Below, piece by piece: positions 1 through 11,800 of a stretch of 64,000 bases of DNA (position 1 is its first letter; each line of letters begins with the position of its first letter). The notes under the pieces were generated by a model. The model had not been told where the DNA came from, searched no databases, and saw only the letters and a program-made list of their open reading frames with translations. A program made the position numbers and the translations under genes. The stretch lies in assembly GCF_964204645.1 (NCBI RefSeq), contig NC_134025.1:27322299-27386298 (forward strand), in the 5' to 3' direction. This DNA is from Tubulanus polymorphus. Taxonomy: Eukaryota > Animalia > Nemertea.

Positions 1-236
1 GAATATTTTCTGACAATAAGCATATTATCATTATTAGATATTTATGACACTGCCCGTTTACGTGGGCGATATAATGTTATAAATGGATGAATTAGAACAA
101 AGAACAAAAAAACTAGTGTGCCACATCAAATTATTATTTCAAATGACGATTTTTCTTACACGGATTTCGAAGTTTCTCATAGCAGGTGCGCGTTTCACCT
201 TTGAAGTGTACATTAACAAAAAAATCTAGTTACACA

Positions 237-1235
237 TCAAATTGGTTTTACTGCCGGAAATATATGCGGTTTTGTTCGTATCCACATAATGTCGTAAGGC
301 CATTTCTTGTGATCTCCCGCAAGCGCATGTCCATCGGCATGCGCGGAATATCCCCGGCTTTCTAGAAAGTCTTTCACTCGTAGCCCACCGGCGCTATCTT
401 TTATATACTCCCATTCCATGAATACGTATGGGATGTCAATTTGAGAGAAGAATTTCGATGAATGCGATAATGCTTGCGGTTCTGATGATTCCACGTCGAT
501 TTTCATAACTGCCCGGTTAAAATTTATAACTTCGAGTAAATCGTCCATGTACACCGATTTCACGGCCAAATCGTCCGTTTTTACTGCTTTATAAACATGA
601 GCACCGCCTACGTTGTTATCAGCTGGCAATTTAACTTTCATGTAATCGTAATTATCCGATATAGCATTCACGACGATTGTCGCCATATTTTCATATTCGC
701 CCATTTTAACGGAACGTCTGATGTGTTTTGCATTTTCGGGATTTGCGTCAACGGCTAACATTCGACGATTGTACCTCAGAGCTATGATACTGTAAACGCC
801 TAAATTAGCGCCAACGTCGATAAAATTCAAATTGCGGTCGTTTTCTAAAACCTGTTCTAACTTCGATGTGAGATGGGGTTCCCACGAGCCAGTATTCTTC
901 AACGATGCGGATATGAATCGATCTTTCTGTGTCGGATAGATACATATATGGGCGTAGCCCTTTTTCGTTCTCAAGTGAACGCACTCGTATTTCGCTTCTT
1001 CTGGGCTCGTCTCAAACACATCTAGAACCGACACGGTCAAATTCGAACTGCGAACGCGCGGATTCAAAACGTTTACGACATTTGATGAATTGTTTGATAG
1101 CTGCGGCAGTGGGTGTCGGCCGAGTGACACGATCTTTCTACTGGACGGATGCATCAACGTTACCAATATCACGACAGCAAAAAATATCAGACAAATAATG
1201 ACGAACAATTTCTTTCCTGATGATAATTGATACAT
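237..1235 (-). CDS. FkbM-family (Methyltransf_21-like) SAM-dependent methyltransferase, type II membrane topology, single coding exon (332 aa)
   Basis: First ATG at 1235 (MYQLSSGKK), just after an acceptor-like ttccag. N-terminal TM segment LFVIICLIFFAVVILVTL. Motifs FIDVGANLGVYS, AVDANPEN and MKIDVESSE are typical of FkbM-type methyltransferases. Stop at 237. Confidence 0.85.
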   Translation of the reverse strand: MYQLSSGKKLFVIICLIFFAVVILVTLMHPSSRKIVSLGRHPLPQLSNNSSNVVNVLNPRVRSSNLTVSVLDVFETSPEEAKYECVHLRTKKGYAHICIYPTQKDRFISASLKNTGSWEPHLTSKLEQVLENDRNLNFIDVGANLGVYSIIALRYNRRMLAVDANPENAKHIRRSVKMGEYENMATIVVNAISDNYDYMKVKLPADNNVGGAHVYKAVKTDDLAVKSVYMDDLLEVINFNRAVMKIDVESSEPQALSHSSKFFSQIDIPYVFMEWEYIKDSAGGLRVKDFLESRGYSAHADGHALAGDHKKWPYDIMWIRTKPHIFPAVKPI

Positions 1236-2419
1236 GTTTCCTTTAGTTAGAACCTGGAAGATGAATGAATATAGGAAATATATGAATAATTTATACGTAC
1301 GAGATAAATCCCACAATAAATCAGCCGAAGATGAAAGTTCAGTAGGTAGACGAGCAGGGCACCTCCCTGATTTGAGCAACGTTTCGGCTAAATACTATTA
1401 TTAGAACATCATCATGGTACTGATGTGAATACCATTGAAAAACTAAAGAAAATTAATTACCGTTGGTTAGAAAAGATCCCGCTTCGATGTTTTTTTACCG
1501 ACATTCAGCAATAATTTTATTCTACGGAAGTTTAGTTAACATTACGGGGAACATTGGAGTGAGCCTACCTGATACGATATGCGAGCGAGAAAATGTGCTA
1601 TGTCAATATATCGGATTGTGAAAACTGAAGGGCCGTACTCACACGTATGCTGTGCAAACTAAACTATTGTTTCGCCGTTGGTGTCCAATGAGAGCCGCAG
1701 ACGATAGCGATGTAATTTTCGATCACATACATCGATTTACGTATGATATACGCGCAGATGGGATGTGCTGTAACGAAGAGATCAGGCAATAAGCAGAAAA
1801 AAATGTTGAAAAAAGCGTTAAAGGTCGACATATATTCGACTATATATAGTCGATTTTATTCGGCAGGAACATATCATCGTCTGCTAAATATTCATATCGT
1901 CTATTTCAATATGTTGTTCATATTCAAATCACCTGCTGTGGCGAATTCTTTAAAAAATCACATTTGACTGTGACGTGTGTTTAGCAACAAGGGTGGTTAA
2001 AGACAATACGATTAGTTAACTATAAAGTCAATAGATACCAACTTGTAACGTAGAGTTTACATATTTGGTTATACAAAATGATATATTCTTACAATAGCGC
2101 AGCGTTTCGTGAAACTAGACCCTCGCGTTACTACCGTCGACAACATTTGAAACCACCTGGCAAATCGCTCGTTAATGGCGGCGAAACAGGCAATTACTGT
2201 AACCATTGGCAACATTGGCATCATCGTGCGCTTACTAGTTCCAAAGGTTGGGGATTCAGGGTTCTGTAAATTAATGTTACTTAAGTTAATATGTATTACA
2301 TATCTAAATACTCTATATCTGAGATTTCGTTTTTAGCTGAATTCCCGGTTCCCGCTTCAATGAGAAGCTGTTACCAGAGAAAGTTGAGTGACCCGCGTTA
2401 ACCAATCTACAATCTACTG

Positions 2420-2832
2420 GCACACCTTGAAAAAAGGATTAGGAACAAGTGTATTTTGGGTATGCTGGGAGCGAAACAGGGATCTAAATATTTGAATAGA
2501 ATATTGGGATACAAATCCTATGAAGACCTCACAGAAAAACTCGCAGAATTTTTTGCTCTACTGAAAAATTAACCGAAAAATTATCTTCAACCTTGTAATT
2601 CCAAATTCTCGATGTACTGAATTAGGCAGGGAACAGAATTGAACCCGATAAGCCGCTTGAGGGTTCAGACTGTTTGGACGATTGATTGAATGAACCGGAA
2701 CCGACTTTCCAATTAATTCAATTAATTCTGTAAATTCGGGATCCCCGATCACGAAAAGTAAATGTACCCTCGATTTCCGGATCAAACCTCCTTTTTCGCT
2801 CCCGGCAAGTATGGCGGGTTTTGTAAGGGACA
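2420..2832. mobile_element. Degenerate MITE-like element (possible)
   Basis: Inverted subterminal match gctgggagcgaaa (2464-2476) / tttcgctcccggc (2793-2805), plus weak terminal similarity ccttgaaaaa / ttttgtaagg. No coding capacity. Confidence 0.3.
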
Positions 2833-3138
2833 CTAAATCAAAACAAATCAAATTAAATCTACCAAAAATTTTACCAAAACTGTCCTAACAACAATCACTA
2901 ATCCCTATTTTAAGATCCCCGAGAATCTCCATAATATTAAGCGTTTCTATGACAACGGCTGCATGGGTGTGAATTTCACTCAGCCTCTTCTTCACTGGAA
3001 GCTATGTGAGTTACTTTTATTATTGTTAACGTAAAATTAACGTGAAATTATTTTTAATTGTCTTTTTTTCAACCCGGACATGTTCGTTACAAATAGAGCA
3101 ATAAAGATCTAGCAATTTGAATTGCTTTGAATCAGTAG

Positions 3139-3205
3139 TGACGTCATGTAAGAGCTTCTGAGCTATGTAAAATATCCACTGTGTGTATATCCGGTTTACT
3201 TCCGG
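3139..3205. promoter_or_regulatory. CRE (TGACGTCA) and ETS/GABP (ACTTCCGG) motifs upstream of PCMT1
   Basis: Exact TGACGTCA at 3139-3146 and ACTTCCGG at 3198-3205, ~500 bp upstream of the PCMT1 ATG. Confidence 0.5.
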
Positions 3206-3687
3206 GTTTGTATTAATTTTGGAATCTAGTAATTGTAATTAACGATGTGTAATTGATTAATTAATGGAAGCTACCTATAGTATTTCAAAAATTGTGTAGT
3301 GAATAGACTGTGACCCACTCACCATACAAGAAAAAGTAACACGATTCCCATGCCTGGATGTAACTATTCTATTGGCCTCTCCTATTCTATCAGAATTTTT
3401 AGTCTATCCTAAAGCTGTCAGTTTAGTGAAAGTTGTCTGTCATTTAGTTTATTTGATTATCATTATAGAGTTATGAACTGAAGTAAGGTGTATGTTGTTA
3501 TGTATGAACATACAATTCTATGAAGAAAAGTATTTGCAAGTATTTGCGTGTATGTATTACGTAGCTAGGCAGTAGAGTAGTAAAGTATAGTTTAAAACAT
3601 CTGTTATACAGTTACTGGAAACACCATTTGATGACAAGAGGAAAGTTAGTAAAAATTGCATTCATTATACAGTTCATTTCGGGTGTA

Positions 3688-5631
3688 ATGGCCTGGCGAT
3701 CGAGTGGTAAAAGTAACCTGGAGCTGGTTGAAAATCTGAAAAGTAAGTTTCTTCCACACTTAAGTCCAGAAAATCTCACAGCTAATTTCACTACATTTCT
3801 TTGTATCACATTCTATATTCATGCGATAGCAATCGGAAACACTAGTTGTTTTGCTCATCTCAGTTAGAACCAGTAGGCCTACCTATTTAAACTTATTCAT
3901 ATTTTGGATATGAAAGATAATACTGTATGGTTGGTTATTAGGAAATGGTATAGTGACCAAAAAGAAAGTCGAAGAGTCGATGAAGAGGATTGATCGAGGT
4001 AATTTCTGTCGCCATAATCCATATATGGACTCTCCTCAGAGTATTGGCTATGCTGTAACTATAAGTGCTCCTCATATGGTAAGGTATTCAGCCTTCTCAA
4101 TAAGTGTGATGCTTATAATGTTTTTGAACAACAAATCTTAGTTGATCGTATCTTTCAGCATGCTCATGCCCTGGAACTGTTAAATGACCACCTGAAAGAA
4201 GGTAGTATGGCGTTAGATGTTGGCTCAGGAAGTGGATATCTAACATCATGTATGGCTTTGATGGTATGCTGAATGCTTTTCCATCAAAATACTTTTCATT
4301 TTGGTAGTTAATATTTGAAAATAAAATCACTTGATTTTGTACATTTTTGCAGGTTGGTCAGTCTGGAAAAGTGGTCGGCATTGATCACCTCGATGAAATT
4401 GTACGTGACTCATTAAAAAACATCAACAATGACCCTGAAGCTAAGCTTCTGCTAGAAACTGGTAATTTAAAGATGGTAGTAGGGGATGGGCGTGAAGGAT
4501 ATCCGTCAGATGGTCCGTACGATGCTATCCACGTAGGAGCAGCTGCAACTGATTTACCGAAAGCTGTGAGTTAACGATTGCATCTTTCTATTCTGCCAAT
4601 TCTGTAACTTTGATATGACTTTCCTTACTATTCCTTTCAGCTTATTAAACAATTGAAACCTGGAGGACGACTCATTTGCCCTGTCGGGCCTCAAGGACAC
4701 AACCAAGAGTTGCAACAGATTGATAAAGATTTAGACGGCTCAATAACGAAGAAGAAATTGATGGGTGTCATATATGTTCCATTGACGAGCAAGGATAAAC
4801 AGTGGCCAAGGTGGAGATGAGTTTGTGATTGCATGTACATATTTTTAAGTTCATATTTGTACATATATTAAGCACTACATACATTGTCAACCCTCTCCTT
4901 TAACAAATGCATCACTTAACCAATCATTGTCCAATGATAGCTGCAATGATTAATTACATTGATTATGTCTCATTAAGATTTGCATGTTTTCATTAACACA
5001 TTTTTTTCTATATTTTGCACAATTGAATCAGCGTTGATGTAATGAATCATTTGGGGATGTATATTTCTTTATGAGTTAGTTATTTTACATTTATTTTTAA
5101 GTTTGATTGAAATCTTACTCTCTGCGTCTCTTTCTTACAGTTGGCATCGGAACTGTGATATGTTCTGATAGGTGAGTTGAAGTTCATGTAGCTGTTGAAA
5201 GCAAAATTCTTGAAAAAGTGATACATCGTTAGAATTATTAAAGTCATGCAAACGTTCAGTCAATAATCGATCAATTTTCAGAATGAATAAGGGTATATGT
5301 AACCTACAAGAATGTGAAGGGTTTCAGATTTTGCTTCGTAGCTACATGTATTTGAACGAACCAACTCATTTTTAGTTGTCGAATAAACACTATAATCCGT
5401 GTAAACTGTAGATAAATGAAGAAATCCAACACTTCGAATTTAAAATTATACGATCAAATTTATTATTACGAAACCACCTTCATTTATCAACTCATTTTTG
5501 TTGATACCACTGTTTAACTGCATTTAATAAATTTCATTTATCGTCAATATGTTCAATTATCTTGGGCTTATTAAAAAAACATGATTATGTGATTTTGTAC
5601 TTTTAGGGCAAACAGGCATGATGAACTCTGA
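3688..5631 (+). CDS. PCMT1: Protein-L-isoaspartate(D-aspartate) O-methyltransferase (PIMT), multi-exon, alternative C-termini
   Basis: Exons 3688-3742, 3942-4078, 4159-4263, 4353-4565 and 4641-4810/4820. Motifs [52 protein letters not shown]. Read-through end is QWPRWR* (4820); the spliced end via exon 5607-5631 gives ...RHDEL*. Confidence 0.96.
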
Positions 5632-8182
5632 TCAAGGAGGGAGTGTGTAAACTGTAGTGAGTGACACTTCCAGGAAATGAGTCTACTCAACTAGCTCATA
5701 ATGCTTCTGTCCACTGAAGGCTTACAAGCGATGCCATTATATAGTGCTGCAGTTTGAAGTGTGTTTGGATTGTACTATTTGTCAGTTGTATCACTGCAAA
5801 AGTTCCCCGCTTGTGGCAGCTTCCTACCAGTACCTATTGTAACATATTTGTCGATACACATTTTGTTTTATAGATCTTGGTAATGTCTGTTGATACACTT
5901 GCAGATATCCATGAAATGGAAAATCTGCCATATTTCAATTTTTATGGACAGGGGCATTACTCACTAAATACCAGGAATATGTTAATTATCTGCTAGTTAA
6001 GCATTTATCCATTGAGAACCAATTTCTCAGTGAATTGAAAATTTGAAAAGTCATGATTTGAAAAGTCATTCAATGTGATTTTGATCATCAACATAAACAT
6101 ATTTGCCCTGTATGATAAATCTGTTTCAGAATTTATTATCCATGTCGATTATCCAATTGTTGTATTGATCAGATGACTCCTTTCAATTTGTCAGGTCTTG
6201 ATAGGTGTACTTGCCAAGTGTTTGTATCGTGAAGAAATAACTACTTGATATTATGAGTTCATCTATTAGATATGCAAGTGGAATCGATATGTATATGGTA
6301 GGGGAGATTATATTCCTAGCATTATTGTATTATTAGTAACCAGAAATACTTAGACAAATTCTTATCTTCTGTGATTATCATTTATTGTTAATTTAACATT
6401 TTTTACTGTGAACTGTAGATGTAGTACATGAAAACAACATAATGTATACTAGGGCCGGAACAAGGTTTATGAATACATAATAATGCTATGTATTGTTTTG
6501 GGCTCAAAATTTCAATCTGAACTCTAGAACTCATACCTGGCCATCTTTCCACAAATGCTAGCATACTTAGTTGATAAATGTATAAATGCCTCTTGTGTCT
6601 TAGCAAAACCATAATAATATATTAGCTAAATTTAGAAAATAGTGAAAAAACAAATATGAAGATAATATCTATGAAATGTATATAAAAAATTGTCTCGAAA
6701 AATGTAGCATTTTAATACTAAGGCAGTTGGAAGATTTTAATACGACTTATTCGTTTCATAGTTATGTTAGTTATCATTCTCGTTGTCCAGTGATGAAAGT
6801 GAACATAAAATTATTGCATAAAGCTAGTGCTGATTATGAAGAGATGAATAGCAGATTAATAACTTAAAATGCATACTGTTGTAAATAGCCAGATGACTAT
6901 TGAACTGTTTGTTTCTTCTTTTATGTTACTGGTAATAACATTTGATGTAAAACATCACCAGCGCAAACAGGAAAGTTGATGAAATAAAACGTGAAGTTAA
7001 ACCCTGAAAATAAATTTTATGTTAATAAAGATAAAGGAGTACCTCTTTTAATTAAAGTTGTTCTATGGCGACCTGATATCACCACAAGACTAAATCAGAT
7101 GCCAAATGTCCCCGATTATCAGCAATAGGCTAATATAAGTTTATTATCCCTTTAATCTTTGTTTTTTGGCGAAGATAAAGTAGTCTATAATTTGAAAATC
7201 TTGACTACTTGTCCTTGAGTCCTTTGAATAGTCAAGGAAGGACATCCTGATCAGTATCATTTGAAAATGCTGCAGAAGAATGAAAAGGACAAGAATATAC
7301 ATCATATAATTACCAGGAAGAATTATCCTAGGTTATTTATTATCAATATCAATAATGATAGAATCTGTACAAGCAGTTGTGAACTAAAAATTGATTTTAT
7401 TCATTCAAGCATTTGATGAAATAAAAATGAGAGATTTCTACGATAAATCTAAACGATTGCATTAAAGATCTACATAGCACAGCCCTTAATTTTTAACCCA
7501 AGTCTGACATTTCTTCGCTTTAAATGATCACAAGTACTGAAGTCGACAAAACTTTATTACAAAATAGATAAAACATTTTAGGAAACCCTATTGTCCTTAA
7601 CTGTAATAAGTATCTTTGATTATCGATATACCCATTCATTCTTTTGATTGTTTATAACGAACTGATTTAAAAACATAGAATATAACAGATTTACATACCG
7701 ATAACTGGGTTGTTGAAGTTGACAAGAACTTTTTCAAGCAGTAAAAAATATAACAACAAATGTAGAAATCTGACTAGCTTTTCAAGCAAAGCTACATATG
7801 TCATTACACATGTATATGTATATTATGCACTAACTGAAGAGACTTCATTTATTCCAAAAACGTGCTGTATTAATCGTCAATTTATTACCTCCAGAATCTA
7901 CATAACGGTATTCAACATAATTTTAACTTGTATATGACCAAAAAGCAATTAAACTGAGAATTCAATTTTGTATTTGTACATTTCATGTTTTCTTTTTATT
8001 ATACAGATGGGCACATATACATTTCAATGCAATATAAAATTCAGGTAGAAACATTGATCATGTCATCAGATATTTCAATCTTCTCTTTGAAACCGTATGA
8101 AATATGCACAATATTTTCTAAATTTCTTATACTTAAAATCACAATACAATCATCTACAATTGATTATATGCATACGTATATA

Positions 8183-8190
<8 letters not shown>

Positions 8191-8267
<77 letters not shown>
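8191..8267. repeat. (TA)n microsatellite
   Basis: Long pure TA run, flanked by imperfect TA/TATATC units, between the PCMT1 and DENND5 3' ends. Confidence 0.97.
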
Positions 8268-8271
<4 letters not shown>

Positions 8272-8812
8272 CTATATCTATATCTATATTACAATATTAG
8301 GTGTATAAAGGGTGATTCTTTCACTGAGAGCTCAATTATTGCTGAAGGATATTTTTATTCACTCAAAAGATGATTACGCTGAAACCTTCACTTCTTCATG
8401 ATCATAAAACACTTAAAAACTATCTGATTTGAAGGTCAAATTATATACTGGTATCTGGAGTAGGTTAACAAGTGCACAAATTCTTAATTTTTAGAGGGAG
8501 ATATGACAATACCTCCATCCTACAAGCAATTATCTCGACCTCAATCTAACAAGACATTTTCGTTAACTTATACATTATTTATTCCCTTGACAGAATATCC
8601 ACGAGACCAGCTTCATCGACACGAATAAACATGATATCACAACTTGTAATTCACTTGAACATGCTTCTAGAAACTCACTGTGAAGCACAAACACAGTTTG
8701 TTAGACGCACATTTCGGTAGACTTTGATAATAGACACTTACTCCATTTGCCTAGACACTTTTAATACTGTTTCCATCTGACTATATCTATGTACATTAAG
8801 TAACTGCGGTAT

Positions 8813-11800
8813 TTACAGATTAATGCCTTTGATCAATGATGTTTCCAAAACAATTTCGAACTCTTTCAACGAGTCGAGGATATGCACAACAAATGTGAGA
8901 AGCTTCTTGTCCCTCATGAACGCGGTTTCCTCGTACATAGTTTGTGTTACTGGTGTGTCCGTCATTGCTAAGAGCCAGTGACTCAAGATATGATCCCTAG
9001 AAATTAAAGAATAGACAAATAACATGTCAATCGATTAATATTGAATTTCGCTTAAAACTATAGAGGTATACCCGGTAGTCATTACCTGATTGCTATGCAT
9101 ACAAGAATCTGATATTTTCCATCTTTGCCATCACTTTCGGCTTGCTCATTAATTTTAGTCACAACACGAATGAAAGTAGCATAAGCTTCTCTATGCGAGG
9201 CGTCAATTTCTTTACTCATTAATTCATCGGCCAAAATGTTTTCATAATACTGCACAAGTTTCTCTAGAAATAGGAGAAATACCATAAAAATTCAGATGTC
9301 TTAAGAGAATTCAGCCACGTTTCTATTTGCTAAAATTCTCACTAACATACCGAAGTAATCCCAGATATAAAATTTATGTCTAAAGAGACGAGATGATCGG
9401 AAACCGTAGTTAAACATTTTCTCAAGACTTGGAACGAGTCCATTTTCACCACACAGCAATATCGTCAAGCTACTTCGCTAAAAATAAACATAGCATACTC
9501 CATTTATGGATTTTTTCACGGAAATGAAATTATGAAGAAAAATAAGTGATTCAAAATTAGCATCGTACCTCCTTTTCAGGCTTATAGAAATGTTTCACTA
9601 TACTATTGACAGCATCTCCAAGTACCTCTTGTATCTGAGGAACTGTTAACCCTAGAATTACAGAATTACAGAATGAAAAATAAGCAATTAAAGCCTACAA
9701 AAATTGGTTGAAAAATTATTCTTTCATCAATACTGATAATGAGCATCTTGAGAACTGTGTATATGAAATCTAGTCCAAGATAAAATGAAGTAAATATCAA
9801 TCACTTGGAATATAACCTCAGATTAGTCATAGAAGAATACCCAAAATACCAAAACCAATGAATATCAAAACATGCAAACTATTGACTAAATAGTCTAAGT
9901 AAAAAGATCAGTAAAACTGGCTAATTAGTAGAACTTTGTTACGAAAATAACAAAAGTTGTTTCAACGATCCAAATACCTGAACAAAAGAATTTCAATTCA
10001 CCACTAAATACTGGCACTACAAGATACTACAACTCTATACATACAGATCCACAGCTCTGGTTCTTAATTACTTAGAACTAAGTATGTGCTTAACTCTCAC
10101 AAAAAATGGATGAAGACATTACTACATTAATTATCAAACATGTAAACACCATTGATAGATCATAAATCTATTTCCAGAACAGTGTTTAATTCGTGTTTTG
10201 ATTTGATTGGTGGATCCTAACAACAACTAAACCTGAAACAACATTAAAACTTTCTTTTCAGCAATCTAAATAATGTGTAGATTCCATTACTGAGTAAAAA
10301 GATGAGTTGATAAAGCAGATGAATTGGAGTTAGTAACGCCATCTCCATACTGTGAGGAGGCAGAAACAGGGTTACAAAGAAAACTGATGTAATAGACAAA
10401 GTGAAGATATATGGTGGTAAGTACATATCTATATGACACATAATCATCATTACTCAAAGCTTTGACAAAGTCATTGATATAACACGTTCTTGGGGGGATA
10501 TCAATTGCTGTAGTTATATAAGAAAAGTCTTATTTCAAAGGAGATTACAATCACTTTGTCATGCTTCTAATCAAGACATAATGCATGATATTCCTAGCAT
10601 AGAAGTAAGCGGTTGATACGAAATAAGAGAGGGTAAAATCAACGGCTCATGAATGGATGACTCTCATATTCTCGATATTTACATATTAATGACAAGGAAA
10701 TGATATGAGATATACTGCTATGCTAGGATCATCAAATGTGGGTTATGATTATGATAACAAACAAATGTTTCTACGATGTTTCTGTACTAACTATTGGGTG
10801 ATGAAGCTTGCGTTGAACCGAGTCGAGGCAGAGATCCATATCGGTAAGCTGAAAGTTGATTTATGTAAGGTTACATATGATTAACATCTAAAAATCAAAA
10901 ATTAATCGAAGCAGTTGATTGTTACATGTATCTGAGCAATAACGTGTATCACAGCATTATGTAATATTTGATCAGTTTGGTCAGGTCATGATTTTGCGAT
11001 CGTAAATTATTCCCCAATCCAATCAAGAATACATCAACAACCAAACGTGATGGATTACGCTTCATGATACAATACGATTAGGTAGATGATGCCATGCCTA
11101 TATTCATCTACATCTATCAATCAAGCATGTTATTACTGATGTGTATGGAATGTAATATAAGAACAAAAAATCTTTTTCAAATCAAGAATATTTATGACAT
11201 TCATTACACACAGATCGACATTACTACATATACTTGTTATATGAATAAGTGAGGCAGTTTTTGAGGTGAATAGATGAAGGGAGATCCCATAACCGATAGG
11301 CTAGACGACTGCTATCTACAGGTTGTTTGTTAGACAGTATTCGAAAGTTCGCTCTCTCACCTTGAACTGAGGCTTTTCTACTGGATGGACTTATGAAGGA
11401 AGTGGGTCCCGTTTCATTATTATTACCTCCTCCAGATAAATATTCTACTAGCTGCTGTGCTAGAGCAGCGACTGCTATCAAAAAGATACAACACACCATA
11501 GTGACAACAGTAAATAAGAGAAAAAAACATCTATGAGCAGCATAGATTTCAGAGTAAAGGCAATCGGGTTGATGTACTGTCAGATAGTCCTAAAACTGAA
11601 ATCTAGACTACCCGTAGACCAACCATGCAAAAGTAAAACTAAACAATTCAAGATAAGCAAATAAAATAAAACTAACATACACTTTACCGAAGTTTGCGTA
11701 TAATGTATTCTTTGTGAATTTAAAATTGTAAACTTCCTTTCATAAAGAAAATCATGTTATCTAATGCAAAAGAGCTAAAAATTTGAATAGATTCCTAATC

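Noticed and set aside
237-1235. Recent bacterial HGT or contamination for the intronless FkbM gene
   Set aside because: It has an animal-type TM/stem layout and a probable 5' UTR intron, and is embedded in typical host DNA; TM-FkbM genes are common in invertebrates.
1236-1379. N-terminal 48 aa of the 380-aa ORF-track protein
   Set aside because: It starts at a non-ATG codon and crosses an acceptor-like ttccag; the eukaryotic start is the ATG at 1235.
7985-8373. ORFs with YIYIYI runs
   Set aside because: They are translations of the (TA)n microsatellite.
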